From Candidatus Falkowbacteria bacterium (lineage in GTDB: Bacteria > Patescibacteriota > Patescibacteriia > UBA11705 > JABHMO01): a stretch of 64,000 nucleotides of DNA. The notes beneath the pieces were generated by a model, which saw only the letters and a program-made list of their open reading frames with translations, was not told where the DNA came from and made no database searches. Shown here piece by piece: positions 51,035 to 59,803 of the stretch. The number at the start of each line of letters is the position of its first letter. Position 1 is the stretch's first letter. Both the position numbers and the translations under genes were made by a program. The stretch spans positions 3,757-67,756 of the forward strand of contig JABHIS010000005.1 of NCBI GenBank assembly GCA_018670895.1. The letters run 5' to 3'.

Positions 51035-52053
51035 AAAGGATATTTTATTTTACCTGTATTAACAATTAACATTTTTTTATCTTTCGGTAATTTGTTTTTC
51101 AATTGAAGCATCAACGCCAACCCAGCAATACCAGAGGCCTCACAATCTATTTGTTGGCACGCAGCAACTCTCAAGGCCTCATCAATAAATTGTTCTTTAA
51201 CGTTATAAACATCCGATTTCGAACCACAATAACCAGCATAGCGATAAAGTTTAATCCACTGCTCATCATAATTAACAAAGGGCAAATGAGGGGAAAACAA
51301 TTTATTAGCCTTAGTCTTCGGATTGTTAGTGGTCGACCCAAAAAAATTACAAGCTCTCAATTTATTCACTCTACCCCTAAACCTTGGGTCATGATGACTT
51401 GTCACAACCTCCCGTTTATTAATATTTAAAATATTTTCAAATAAATGTCCCGACCCAAACGGAACAAAACAATAGTCAGGAGAACTGTTAATAATTTCAT
51501 AACTTAACCAGTCATAATATCTAGTTGTCGGATCAAGTGCTTCACTTGACGTAATATCGAAACCATTTTTATTTTTTGTTAATCGCAAAATTTCATTCCA
51601 AGAAAACGCTTTTTCACTTAAATCAGTTTTAAATATCTTGCAACCAGTTTTATACAAAAATTTCAGAATTTCATCATCAATGTGATTATCAACTAGTACT
51701 CGCAAATTAGGTAATTTATACTTTTTCAATTGCACCTGAATGGCAATCGCTGCTGAACCTGATGAGATTATTGAAACATCGGGTAATTTACTTATTTGTC
51801 CCCCTTTTTTTGACAACAAGAAATCACGATAAGTCACTACCATTTCCCAAGCCATTCTATCTTTATGCGTCCCCGTTGGATTATGACTTTCATCCTTCAA
51901 CCAAACATTATTAAATCCAGGTACTTTTATTTTGTAAGTTGGAGTAGCGGGAAACTTCGGATCATCAACTGGAAATTCGGGCTTTTCTGGATTATTTTCC
52001 GATGCAATTACAATTGACTTTAATATTTTTTCTTCTTGCTTGGTTAATGCCAT
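51031..52053 (-). CDS. PLP-dependent fold-type II enzyme, threonine-synthase-like, embedded in the hydrogenase operon
   Basis: LKDESHNPTGTHKDRMAW. Compare the threonine synthase / cysteate synthase motif NPTGSFKDRG, where the Lys binds the cofactor as a Schiff base. 4-bp overlaps on both sides. Confidence 0.6.
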   Translation of the reverse strand: MALTKQEEKILKSIVIASENNPEKPEFPVDDPKFPATPTYKIKVPGFNNVWLKDESHNPTGTHKDRMAWEMVVTYRDFLLSKKGGQISKLPDVSIISSGSAAIAIQVQLKKYKLPNLRVLVDNHIDDEILKFLYKTGCKIFKTDLSEKAFSWNEILRLTKNKNGFDITSSEALDPTTRYYDWLSYEIINSSPDYCFVPFGSGHLFENILNINKREVVTSHHDPRFRGRVNKLRACNFFGSTTNNPKTKANKLFSPHLPFVNYDEQWIKLYRYAGYCGSKSDVYNVKEQFIDEALRVAACQQIDCEASGIAGLALMLQLKNKLPKDKKMLIVNTGKIKYPL

Positions 52054-52066
52054 AAATAATTTCTAA

Positions 52067-52834
52067 TTATTTTCTAAGTTTATTTCTTTTCTTCCAAACT
52101 AACTCTTTAACGCCAAAAACTTCAAAAAATTTAGAGATTTCTTTATCTGAATATTTTTCTTTTAATTTTTTGATTAAATTATCTACTTCCGCATCTTCAA
52201 CTAAACCACGACAACCCCAACAGCCTTGCATTGATTTTGTACAAATAGCATCACATCCGCCTTGCGTAATTGGCCCCATACAGACCTCACCATATTGCAA
52301 AACACACTTTTGTCCCCTCACTTGGCACTCATAACAAACTGGATTTTGAGTAATAGCTGGTTCTTTGCCAATTAATAGCTGGTATACAAAATCATAAAAT
52401 TCTTCTCCTGTTATTGGACATCCTGGGATAGAAAAATCCACCTTAACGTATGCACTTAGTGGCTTGACATCCAAATTCTCAATTCCCTTTTCACCTTGAT
52501 AAACATAATCATGAATTTTGTTTTTATCTTGATACATTTTTAAATGATAAATTCCACCCATATGTGCGCAACTACCAATTGAGATGACATACTTTGAATT
52601 TTTCCTAACCAACTTTAACTGTTTGATATCTCGCGTGGTCAAAGGGCTACCTTCAACAAAAACAATATCGTACTTTTCATCTGGTGAGTGTTCGTCCTCT
52701 TCAAATAAACGAAAATTTACTATTTCAATTTTTTCATTCAATTCAAGTAACTTATTTGGTAAATCTAAAATCGCAACACAGCAACCTTCACAGCCGGTCA
52801 ATGGGAATATTCCTACTTTTATTTTGTTATTCAT
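52067..52834 (-). CDS. [NiFe]-hydrogenase small (delta) subunit with extra C-terminal Fe-S clusters
   Basis: LTGCEGCCVAI ... SIGSCAHMGG ... IPGCPITGEEF. C-terminal Cys clusters CYECQ...CVLQYGEVC...GGCDAIC...GCWGC. Confidence 0.8.
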   Translation of the reverse strand: MNNKIKVGIFPLTGCEGCCVAILDLPNKLLELNEKIEIVNFRLFEEDEHSPDEKYDIVFVEGSPLTTRDIKQLKLVRKNSKYVISIGSCAHMGGIYHLKMYQDKNKIHDYVYQGEKGIENLDVKPLSAYVKVDFSIPGCPITGEEFYDFVYQLLIGKEPAITQNPVCYECQVRGQKCVLQYGEVCMGPITQGGCDAICTKSMQGCWGCRGLVEDAEVDNLIKKLKEKYSDKEISKFFEVFGVKELVWKKRNKLRK

Positions 52835-52867
52835 AGTAATAAGTAAAATGTAAAAGGTAAAAAGTAA

Positions 52868-53236
52868 TCACAACTGTTTTTGAATTGATTTTATCAAACC
52901 ATTTATAAGTCTTTTCACCTCATCTGCATGATTTACTAACTCTTCACAAAAACTGCTTTCTAATATATTAAGACCTCTTGAAACAAGTAAAAAACTTTGC
53001 ACTTCTGACAACGAACCCCTCGCTTGATAATAAAATCGAATCTTATCTTTGAAATAATAGCGAGAAAATCCTTCAGCAATGTTGGCGGTGATCGATATTG
53101 AAGCTCTTCGGATTTGACTTATAAGTCCAAATTTTTCTTCAGCAGGAAAATCCGATGTCACCTCATAAACTTTTAAAGTAAATTTATATGCACGTTGCCA
53201 AGCCTTTAAATCGTAATAATTATTTATTTTATTCAT
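52868..53236 (-). CDS. Four-helix-bundle protein (TIGR02436-like)
   Basis: 122 aa. ...ASISITANIAEGFSRYYFKDKIRFYYQARGSLSEV... Confidence 0.7.
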   Translation of the reverse strand: MNKINNYYDLKAWQRAYKFTLKVYEVTSDFPAEEKFGLISQIRRASISITANIAEGFSRYYFKDKIRFYYQARGSLSEVQSFLLVSRGLNILESSFCEELVNHADEVKRLINGLIKSIQKQL

Positions 53237-53269
53237 AACAGTCCCTTATTACCCTTTACACTTTACTGG

Positions 53270-53743
53270 TTACTTTTTACGTTGTTCCAAAATTGCCTTT
53301 AATTCTTCAGGTCGATTGGTTACAAAAAAGTATGGTCGTCTTTGGCCAGCAACTGTAATAACTAAACCTTTACCTCCCCGAGGCACATAACCAACTGTTT
53401 TGTCACGACCAAATCGAATACCGTAACCTAAATAATTTTGAAACTTATACTCACTAAATTCTATTTTTTTTATTTTACTTATTAAAATACGCTTGCGGAA
53501 TTTCATAAACCCGAAGATTAAATGCGTATCACTTACCTTGATGTTTAACTCTCGAAAAGACGCCAAAATGAAAACATTCAACAATAAAATAATTGCTAAT
53601 ACAGTTTTTGAAGCGTTGTCCAAAGCAATTGGTTTATCTGTGTACTGCGACATTAGAATTATAAGAAAAATCAAACAGGTGATTACCAGAATCGCAGTAA
53701 TTAAATGATAAGTTTGAACCTTGTCTTTGAAAATTGTTGGCAT
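53270..53743 (-). CDS. Membrane protein with bacterial PH-like (YdbS-type) domain
   Basis: 157 aa. Two N-terminal TM helices, then a soluble domain of about 90 aa. Architecture like bPH_2 proteins. Low certainty. Confidence 0.4.
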   Translation of the reverse strand: MPTIFKDKVQTYHLITAILVITCLIFLIILMSQYTDKPIALDNASKTVLAIILLLNVFILASFRELNIKVSDTHLIFGFMKFRKRILISKIKKIEFSEYKFQNYLGYGIRFGRDKTVGYVPRGGKGLVITVAGQRRPYFFVTNRPEELKAILEQRKK

Positions 53744-53763
53744 ATTTTTTATCTATTCACTCA

Positions 53764-54561
53764 TTAAAAATAATTTACACTTCTTAAAAATTCATAATTA
53801 AACACAGGACCATCTTTGCAAATATACTTGGACCCAATAGCACAATGCTGACACACTCCTACTCCGCAATGCATTCTTTTTTCCAATGAAAAATACATAT
53901 TAGCTGGCTCAACCTTTTTGGCCAAAAGTTCTTTCACAACGAACTTGTACATTATCGCTGGCCCACAGACAAACACTAACGAATTCTTCAATAACTTCTT
54001 TTTCTTTATTAAGTCCGTAACAAATCCTTTTTGTTTAGCAAACCCGGGAATAGTTTCATTTTCCAAAATCAATCCAAAATCATGTTTGTTTTTTATTTTT
54101 GAATACTCTCTTTTGAATACTAGTGATTCCTGTGTCGAACAACCAACCAACACTTGAAGCTTAATATCTTTACGATTGCGATTTTCTTCGAACACGCTTC
54201 GCAATGGAATAAAACCACAACCACCACCGATCAGAATTAAATTTTTAGTAACCTCAGGAAATCCGTTACCAAAAGGTCCACGCACAAAAGCTTTATCGCC
54301 AACCTTCAGGTTATTTAATTTAGCAGTTAATTCTCCAACACTACGAATTGTTAAACAAAAATGTTTATCTGACAACTTTGGGCTCGAAGAAATTGAAATA
54401 GGGCATTCACCAAAACCTGGTAAGCCAATTTGCATAAACTGCCCTGCCAAAAATTTTAATTCATTTTGCTTGTCCAAACTAAAATAAAAAGTATTGGTAA
54501 TTGAATTTTCTTTAACTACTTTAATAACCTTTGCTGGTTGTAGGGCATATTGATTTTTCAT
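53764..54561 (-). CDS. Hydrogenase gamma subunit (FAD/NAD(P)-binding ferredoxin-reductase-like with C-terminal 2Fe-2S)
   Basis: 265 aa. PyrK/HydG-like. C-terminal CGVGVCQHCAIGSKYICKDGP. Confidence 0.75.
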   Translation of the reverse strand: MKNQYALQPAKVIKVVKENSITNTFYFSLDKQNELKFLAGQFMQIGLPGFGECPISISSSPKLSDKHFCLTIRSVGELTAKLNNLKVGDKAFVRGPFGNGFPEVTKNLILIGGGCGFIPLRSVFEENRNRKDIKLQVLVGCSTQESLVFKREYSKIKNKHDFGLILENETIPGFAKQKGFVTDLIKKKKLLKNSLVFVCGPAIMYKFVVKELLAKKVEPANMYFSLEKRMHCGVGVCQHCAIGSKYICKDGPVFNYEFLRSVNYF

Positions 54562-55532
54562 ACTTTTTTCAATTCTTGCAAATTCTCAGCAATATTAATT
54601 TCAACTGGGCAAGTTTTGTAACAACGCATACAACTAACACAACCATAGTAATCGAACTCATCAGGAATGCGTACAAATTTATGATAATACCAAAAATATA
54701 ATTTCTTTTTTACTGAATCCAATTCTTTATTACCACCCGTTATTTCAGAAAACTTTGGATAAAAACAGGTTGTCCATTGTCGTGTTTTCACGACTTGATC
54801 AAATTCAACCTTATCCTTCTGGTCAAAGCAAAAACAGGTTGGACAATGGATTGAGCACTTCCCGCAACTAAGACAAATTTTAGCTAATTTATCCCATAGT
54901 GGGTGGTCAGGATTGTTCAATATTGCTAGCTTTTTTTGTTCAATCAAAGGATTGGGACCATGCTCAGGTATAAATCCAGCAAATTCAATATTTTCGTAGT
55001 CTTCAATTTTACTTTTTTCCAGAAGCTGTTGACCTTTTTCCGAGCCGGAAAACAAAATCAAATTACCACTCTTCTGTCTTTCAACAAAAACATCAAAAAT
55101 AAGATGCTCTAACACATCTTCTTCATATTTTTTATTAAACACTTTGTATTTACGTAAATCATCCTCAATGCCATTAGTTAAACCAATATAATGTAAGGAT
55201 TGTCGACGCTTTTGAAAATAATAATCTTTAGCAAAAACCTGTTCAAATAAAGCCAAGGCTCGTAAATCTAAAATATTTAATCCAAGAATAAAAATAGGCT
55301 TTATTTTTTCATTAATAACTTTAGCTACGTCCTTGGAATATGTCGCCATATCTTGTTTAGCTGGCAAAACAATTGACTTGAATGAATTCAATGGTATGTC
55401 ACCAGACCAGTCCATATCCCCCGGTTTAAAAATTTGTTTAACTAAAACCATTTCTCCATCTTTAACTGGAGAATAAACGAAACCCTTTTCTAGCAATTTT
55501 GCTACAAATTTATCAAATTCAGACTTTTTCAT
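54558..55532 (-). CDS. Hydrogenase beta subunit (4Fe-4S dicluster protein, sulfhydrogenase HydB-like)
   Basis: 324 aa. CLSCGKCSIHCPTCFCFDQKD and CVSCMRCYKTCPVEI. Confidence 0.75.
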   Translation of the reverse strand: MKKSEFDKFVAKLLEKGFVYSPVKDGEMVLVKQIFKPGDMDWSGDIPLNSFKSIVLPAKQDMATYSKDVAKVINEKIKPIFILGLNILDLRALALFEQVFAKDYYFQKRRQSLHYIGLTNGIEDDLRKYKVFNKKYEEDVLEHLIFDVFVERQKSGNLILFSGSEKGQQLLEKSKIEDYENIEFAGFIPEHGPNPLIEQKKLAILNNPDHPLWDKLAKICLSCGKCSIHCPTCFCFDQKDKVEFDQVVKTRQWTTCFYPKFSEITGGNKELDSVKKKLYFWYYHKFVRIPDEFDYYGCVSCMRCYKTCPVEINIAENLQELKKV

Positions 55533-55560
55533 ATAATAGGATTATAACAAAATTTTCACC

Positions 55561-55610
55561 TAAACAAAAGAACGAGCTGTGATTAACCTGCTTACAGCAG
55601 GTAGGCTCGT
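55561..55610 (-). terminator. Nested hairpin, probable terminator of the dinB transcript
   Basis: acgagc ... gctcgt enclosing cctgct-tac-agcagg. Followed on the minus strand by a T-rich tract. Confidence 0.45.
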
Positions 55611-55624
55611 CCTTTCAACTATGA

Positions 55625-55711
55625 CTATTTACACTTACAGGTCTTACAACCACAGCTGGTACATTTAGATTTACACTTGCAAGGAGCGCATTTACATTTG
55701 TCACATTTCAT
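55625..55711 (-). CDS. Metallothionein-like Cys-rich micro-protein (28 aa), below the ORF-track cutoff
   Basis: Minus-strand ORF atg aaa tgt gac aaa tgt aaa tgc gct cct tgc aag tgt aaa tct aaa tgt acc agc tgt ggt tgt aag acc tgt aag tgt aaa tag = MKCDKCKCAPCKCKSKCTSCGCKTCKCK. 11 Cys in C-K-C / C-x-C arrangement. Weak RBS. Confidence 0.35.
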   Translation of the reverse strand: MKCDKCKCAPCKCKSKCTSCGCKTCKCK

Positions 55712-55748
55712 AATAATACTTTATTTTTATAGTTAAATTATAACACAA

Positions 55749-56966
55749 CTAATCCTGCAAGCGAAATCCACCAACTTTATTACGCAAGCGATTGAGTTTC
55801 AATAAAAATGCAGGTTTAATAGTTAATTCCCCATAGCGATCATTAATTTCATCAAGATATGGTAAAAGTTTTTTTTGTTGACGATCTTTTGAGAATAACG
55901 GCAACTGTTGGTAATCTTTTACTAAATTACTAACATGAATTCCAAGTAAACGTACAGCATTGGGAAATTTGAAATTTGAAATCTTCTTTTTTCCAAGTTC
56001 ATAAAACCGAAAACTATCATTCAAATAACCTGGAAAAGTTTTACGTACTCCACCGTGAGTAAAATCAGCATACCTCCAATAAACAACTATTGTCTTACCA
56101 GCCAAATTATTACGACGCAGTTCACGGCCGGTCTTTTCACATAGATGCAGTAATACAGTGAGTATCTCAGTTTTATCAAATGTGTTCTTAGCTAAAGTAT
56201 ATGACCGGCCAACAGATTTTGCTTCTGCTTGTTGTAAATAAGAGGTGACTGGCTCGTTATCTTCACCCCACGACATGTTCTGAAGTTTCTCACCATAAAA
56301 AGGACCGAAAATCCTGCATAGTTCCGCCTTTGGATATTCTCTAAGCTTGCTAACAGTATCAACACCTAAATCACTCAAATGCTTTTTTATCCGCCTACCA
56401 ATACCACAAAAATCATCTAATTCAATATTGCTCAAAACTGCCTCTTTATTTTGATCATTAATAAAAAACAAACCATCTGGCTTGTCTAATCCTGAGGCTA
56501 ATTTAGCCAATAATTTATTTTTCGCAACACCTACTGAACAAGTAACCCACTCCCCTAACTCGGCCTTAATTTGGGCTTTGATTCTCCTAGCTGAACAACT
56601 TATTTGTTCAGCATCTTTGCAATAACCAGTCATATCCAAAAAGGCTTCATCAATACTAAAAACCTCTACTTTTTCAGTATACTGCTTGAATATTTCTATC
56701 ATTTTCCTAGAAGCGTTTTCGTACTTTAATCCATCTGGTTCTACAAAAATAAGAGCCTTACAAAGAGCCTTAGCCTCAAATGGCAACATGCCCGTTTTGA
56801 TCCCCAACTTCTTAGCCTCCACAGATGAAGCTACAATTACGCTCCGCGAACCTTCCTTGCCAGAAACAACGATCGGCCTACCGCGAAGGTATGGCCGGGC
56901 TTGCTGTTCAATGGTGGCAAAAAACGAATCCATGTCTATGTGAAAAATTGTTCTCTCAATTATCAT
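55749..56966 (-). CDS. dinB: DNA polymerase IV (Y-family)
   Basis: MIIERTIFHIDMDSFFATIEQ... palm, finger, thumb and little-finger domains. Confidence 0.9.
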   Translation of the reverse strand: MIIERTIFHIDMDSFFATIEQQARPYLRGRPIVVSGKEGSRSVIVASSVEAKKLGIKTGMLPFEAKALCKALIFVEPDGLKYENASRKMIEIFKQYTEKVEVFSIDEAFLDMTGYCKDAEQISCSARRIKAQIKAELGEWVTCSVGVAKNKLLAKLASGLDKPDGLFFINDQNKEAVLSNIELDDFCGIGRRIKKHLSDLGVDTVSKLREYPKAELCRIFGPFYGEKLQNMSWGEDNEPVTSYLQQAEAKSVGRSYTLAKNTFDKTEILTVLLHLCEKTGRELRRNNLAGKTIVVYWRYADFTHGGVRKTFPGYLNDSFRFYELGKKKISNFKFPNAVRLLGIHVSNLVKDYQQLPLFSKDRQQKKLLPYLDEINDRYGELTIKPAFLLKLNRLRNKVGGFRLQD

Positions 56967-57204
56967 AGTATGCTTCTGATAATAACCATTTATTACTTTC
57001 TGTATTGAAACACAATTTGAAATAATTCCCGTTCGAACTTACTGAATAATAATAAACCTTGTCCCGGCCGATTCTTTCGCTATTAACCAAATTCACTTTA
57101 TTTATTGAATGTTTTTTATTATTCCAAGAAAAAGAAAGCGGCATCACCCGATCCCGCATAAAAGCAACTAAAACTTCGATTTGTTGATTGATTTGTTCTA
57201 ACAT
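56956..57204 (-). CDS. hypothetical small protein translationally coupled to dinB
   Basis: 82 aa, with an 11-bp overlap with the dinB start. No motif recognised. Confidence 0.35.
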   Translation of the reverse strand: MLEQINQQIEVLVAFMRDRVMPLSFSWNNKKHSINKVNLVNSERIGRDKVYYYSVSSNGNYFKLCFNTESNKWLLSEAYYDN

Positions 57205-57701
57205 ATCATCATTCTAAACTACCCGATAAACTTCACCAAGTTTTAAAAGGAAAATCAGGTAGTATTTTTTTATTCCGACAATCTCTTTAGAAATTTTAAA
57301 ATTGATTTCTTGATATCTTCAGTATTCATACAAATAATAAGGCTAAACAAAGCTAGACACGGCAATAAGGCTCCACTGCCAAAGACTAACCAAGTTTAAA
57401 GATTAATCTTAATAATTAATTCTGGAGTTAAAGGGATGTAGGTTGGTGTCATAAAAATAATAGGGCTAAACAAGGCTAGATAGGGCAACAAAATTCAATT
57501 ACAATTTGTTCTCCAAATTTAAACCTTGAATCATTAGTTTATAATAGTACTCGATTAAACATTAATTGTTAAATCCTGCCACAGGGCAACTACTGTACGA
57601 TAAGCTTTTTTCATTTTTCTTTTATGCATATTTTTGAAAGGTGGAGGAGAGTTAAATATCCCATGCTTATAAAATATCTAACCCTCTCTCCTTATGACTT
57701 A

Positions 57702-58166
57702 TTATTTTAAATAAATTACTTTACCAATTGGCATACGATCATGTCCAGTATATTCCATAAAAACACTGCTTGCCTTAGTTGTCATCATGTACACTCGCGT
57801 AATGTTGTGGTGACGAACTTTTATTGCTTTCAGCCCTTCCGGAGTTTTGAACCATTTTTTCTTTTCATAGCCCATTACACTAGGAACAGTCACCACCTTT
57901 GGTGCTAGCCAGTCCCAACGGCCATCTTGAAGTGATTCTTGCTTAGCCCAACCTGTCTTCGGTAGCTTCAACAGACTATCTCGATTACCCCAATGATATA
58001 GCTTCACTCCATCATCTTCTTCTACTGGTAAAAATGGTTTATCTTGCCAAAAGAATGATTGCACTAACCTGCCCTTGCGCTGTTTTTCAAACTCTTTGCT
58101 CGTAAAAAATTGTTCTAGCTCTACAGGGTTAATCTTATCAATATAAAATGAAATTCCTGCACACAT
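57702..58166 (-). CDS. SRAP-like (SOS-response-associated peptidase / YedK-HMCES family), short form
   Basis: N-terminal Cys2 (MCAG...) and the C-terminal GHDRMPIG matching the SRAP HDRMP motif. Located between lexA and dinB. Confidence 0.5.
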   Translation of the reverse strand: MCAGISFYIDKINPVELEQFFTSKEFEKQRKGRLVQSFFWQDKPFLPVEEDDGVKLYHWGNRDSLLKLPKTGWAKQESLQDGRWDWLAPKVVTVPSVMGYEKKKWFKTPEGLKAIKVRHHNITRVYMMTTKASSVFMEYTGHDRMPIGKVIYLK

Positions 58167-58259
58167 AAAATAAGTAATTGGTAATTAGTCCCGATAAATC
58201 AGCAAAGCTGATTATCGGGATCCCTCCTTCCGTCGGGATAATGAGTAACTTGTAATAAC

Positions 58260-58862
58260 CTAGGCGAATTTACGAATAATGGCTCTAACTACTCCACGAA
58301 TTGCAACATCTTTGCAATAAATAGGTTTCATGGTAGCATTTGCTGGTTGTAGTCGAATCCGATTAGTTTCTCGATAAAATTTCTTTAGAGTAGCAAAAGC
58401 ATTATTCAAAAGAGCTACTACCACGTCTCCATTTCTTGGAGAATGATTTCTTTCAACAACTACGAAATCACCGTCCAAAATTCCTTCTTCAATCATCGAC
58501 TCCCCGCTGACTTTTAAGACAAATGCATTCTCATCTGGAACTAAATCTGCTGGGACTGCCATAGTTTCATGATCTTCGACAGCTTCAATTGGTTGACCAG
58601 CGGTAATTAGTCCAACTAGTGGTAATTCAATTGACTTACTGAGTTGCATAACTTTTGATGTCAATCCAATCCCCCTTGGTGTATCAGAACTTAAATCTAG
58701 ATATCCCTTACTTTTCAATGTCTGTAAATGTTGATGTACAGTCGCTGGAGAGGATAACCCCATACCTTCGGCAATCTCTCTATAACTTGGTGAATAATCA
58801 TAGTCTTGCATGAAACTTTTCACGAAGTTAAGTATTTCTGATTGTCTCTTAGTTAAAGTCAT
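58260..58862 (-). CDS. lexA: LexA repressor
   Basis: N-terminal winged HTH (SYREIAEGMGLSSPATVHQHLQTLKSKGYL). C-terminal S24 peptidase with GESM (Ser) and a downstream Lys. Confidence 0.85.
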   Translation of the reverse strand: MTLTKRQSEILNFVKSFMQDYDYSPSYREIAEGMGLSSPATVHQHLQTLKSKGYLDLSSDTPRGIGLTSKVMQLSKSIELPLVGLITAGQPIEAVEDHETMAVPADLVPDENAFVLKVSGESMIEEGILDGDFVVVERNHSPRNGDVVVALLNNAFATLKKFYRETNRIRLQPANATMKPIYCKDVAIRGVVRAIIRKFA

Positions 58863-58928
58863 ACGAGTTGATGTTTAATTTATAATTTCCAATTTTTCAA
58901 TTTTCATTAAATTTGTAATTTTCAATTT

Positions 58929-59327
58929 TCAAACCTTTTTACCATCCAAAGAACTAGTTATCTTTTGAAAAATAAATACTAATTCTTGGACTTCATTTGC
59001 TAAATACTCTATTTTTTGTTTTCTACTAGAAACAGCCTTCTTCATCATACGTAACCAATGCTTTGTTTCCTGCGCTTCCTTTTTACAAATATAAATTTTA
59101 TTACGAAAATCTTTTTTTGAACTAGCACCATTTGCTTCCATATAATTCGCCCCAATAGAAGTTCCTGAACGAAGCAGCTGGTTCAATATTGGACGATTCA
59201 TAAAACATTGTTGTATATTCTGGCACAAATCAATAATATCCTCGCCGAACTTGGCAGTTCTTTCTTCTAAATCATATTTATTATTTTTTTTGTTATTATC
59301 AGTAATCATATTTGAAAATTTTATCAT
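58929..59327 (-). CDS. Four-helix-bundle protein (TIGR02436-like), second copy
   Basis: ...LLRSGTSIGANYMEANGASSKKDFRNKIYICKKEAQETKHWL... Confidence 0.7.
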   Translation of the reverse strand: MIKFSNMITDNNKKNNKYDLEERTAKFGEDIIDLCQNIQQCFMNRPILNQLLRSGTSIGANYMEANGASSKKDFRNKIYICKKEAQETKHWLRMMKKAVSSRKQKIEYLANEVQELVFIFQKITSSLDGKKV

Positions 59328-59375
59328 TGAAAATTTACTGTAAATTAGAAATTGTAAATTGAAAATTTTATTTTA

Positions 59376-59428
59376 TAGTTCGGTTTCTGTTCGCATCTAC
59401 TACCATTATACCGAACAGAAACCGAACG
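59376..59428. promoter_or_regulatory. Perfect 16-bp inverted repeat containing GTTC-N7-GTTC; candidate operator upstream of the 4HB-lexA-SRAP cluster
   Basis: gttcggtttctgttcg (59379-59394) and cgaacagaaaccgaac (59412-59427), separated by an 18-nt spacer. Each arm reads GTTC-N7-GTTC. Confidence 0.4.
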
Positions 59429-59461
59429 TCAATGATTAGCTGTGGATAACTTTTAAAAACA

Positions 59462-59505
59462 AAAAAAGCCCCAGAAGTACATACTCATAACACTCGTATG
59501 ACTTC
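59462..59505 (-). terminator. Imperfect hairpin + T-run terminator after 59525..59803
   Basis: Minus strand ccctgaagtcata...gtacttctgggg followed by cttttttt. Confidence 0.45.
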
Positions 59506-59524
59506 AGGGCAAGCCTTTTATATC

Positions 59525-59803
59525 TTAATCGTCTAATTTATCAAATACATCTTTTTCAGTAGAAATAAACTTGTTCCATTCAGCCTCCGTTTTTCCTTGT
59601 TGAAGAAAATCTTTTTTGATCTGAAAGCATTTACAAAAATTTTCAAACAAACCAGGAAATCGCTCCAGCAAATCCATAATCTTAGAAAACTGTGGTTGCT
59701 CAGCAATAGAATTAAAAAATTGTCGCATTAATTCCTGCGAACGATTATCAAGTTCGGATTTTGTTAACAAAGATTCAACTTTGTTTACTTGATCATCATT
59801 CAT
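59525..59803 (-). CDS. hypothetical helical protein
   Basis: 92-aa ORF. No motif. Confidence 0.4.
   Translation of the reverse strand: MNDDQVNKVESLLTKSELDNRSQELMRQFFNSIAEQPQFSKIMDLLERFPGLFENFCKCFQIKKDFLQQGKTEAEWNKFISTEKDVFDKLDD

Noticed and set aside
56956-57204. 82-aa ORF upstream of dinB as a YolD/UmuD-like accessory factor
   Set aside because: Lacks the YolD signature and any S24 peptidase motif. Kept as a hypothetical protein only.
52868-59327. Four-helix-bundle and GxxExxY genes as markers of 23S rRNA intervening sequences
   Set aside because: These families are often IVS-encoded, but no rRNA sequence is present anywhere in the window. Here they are free-standing genes.
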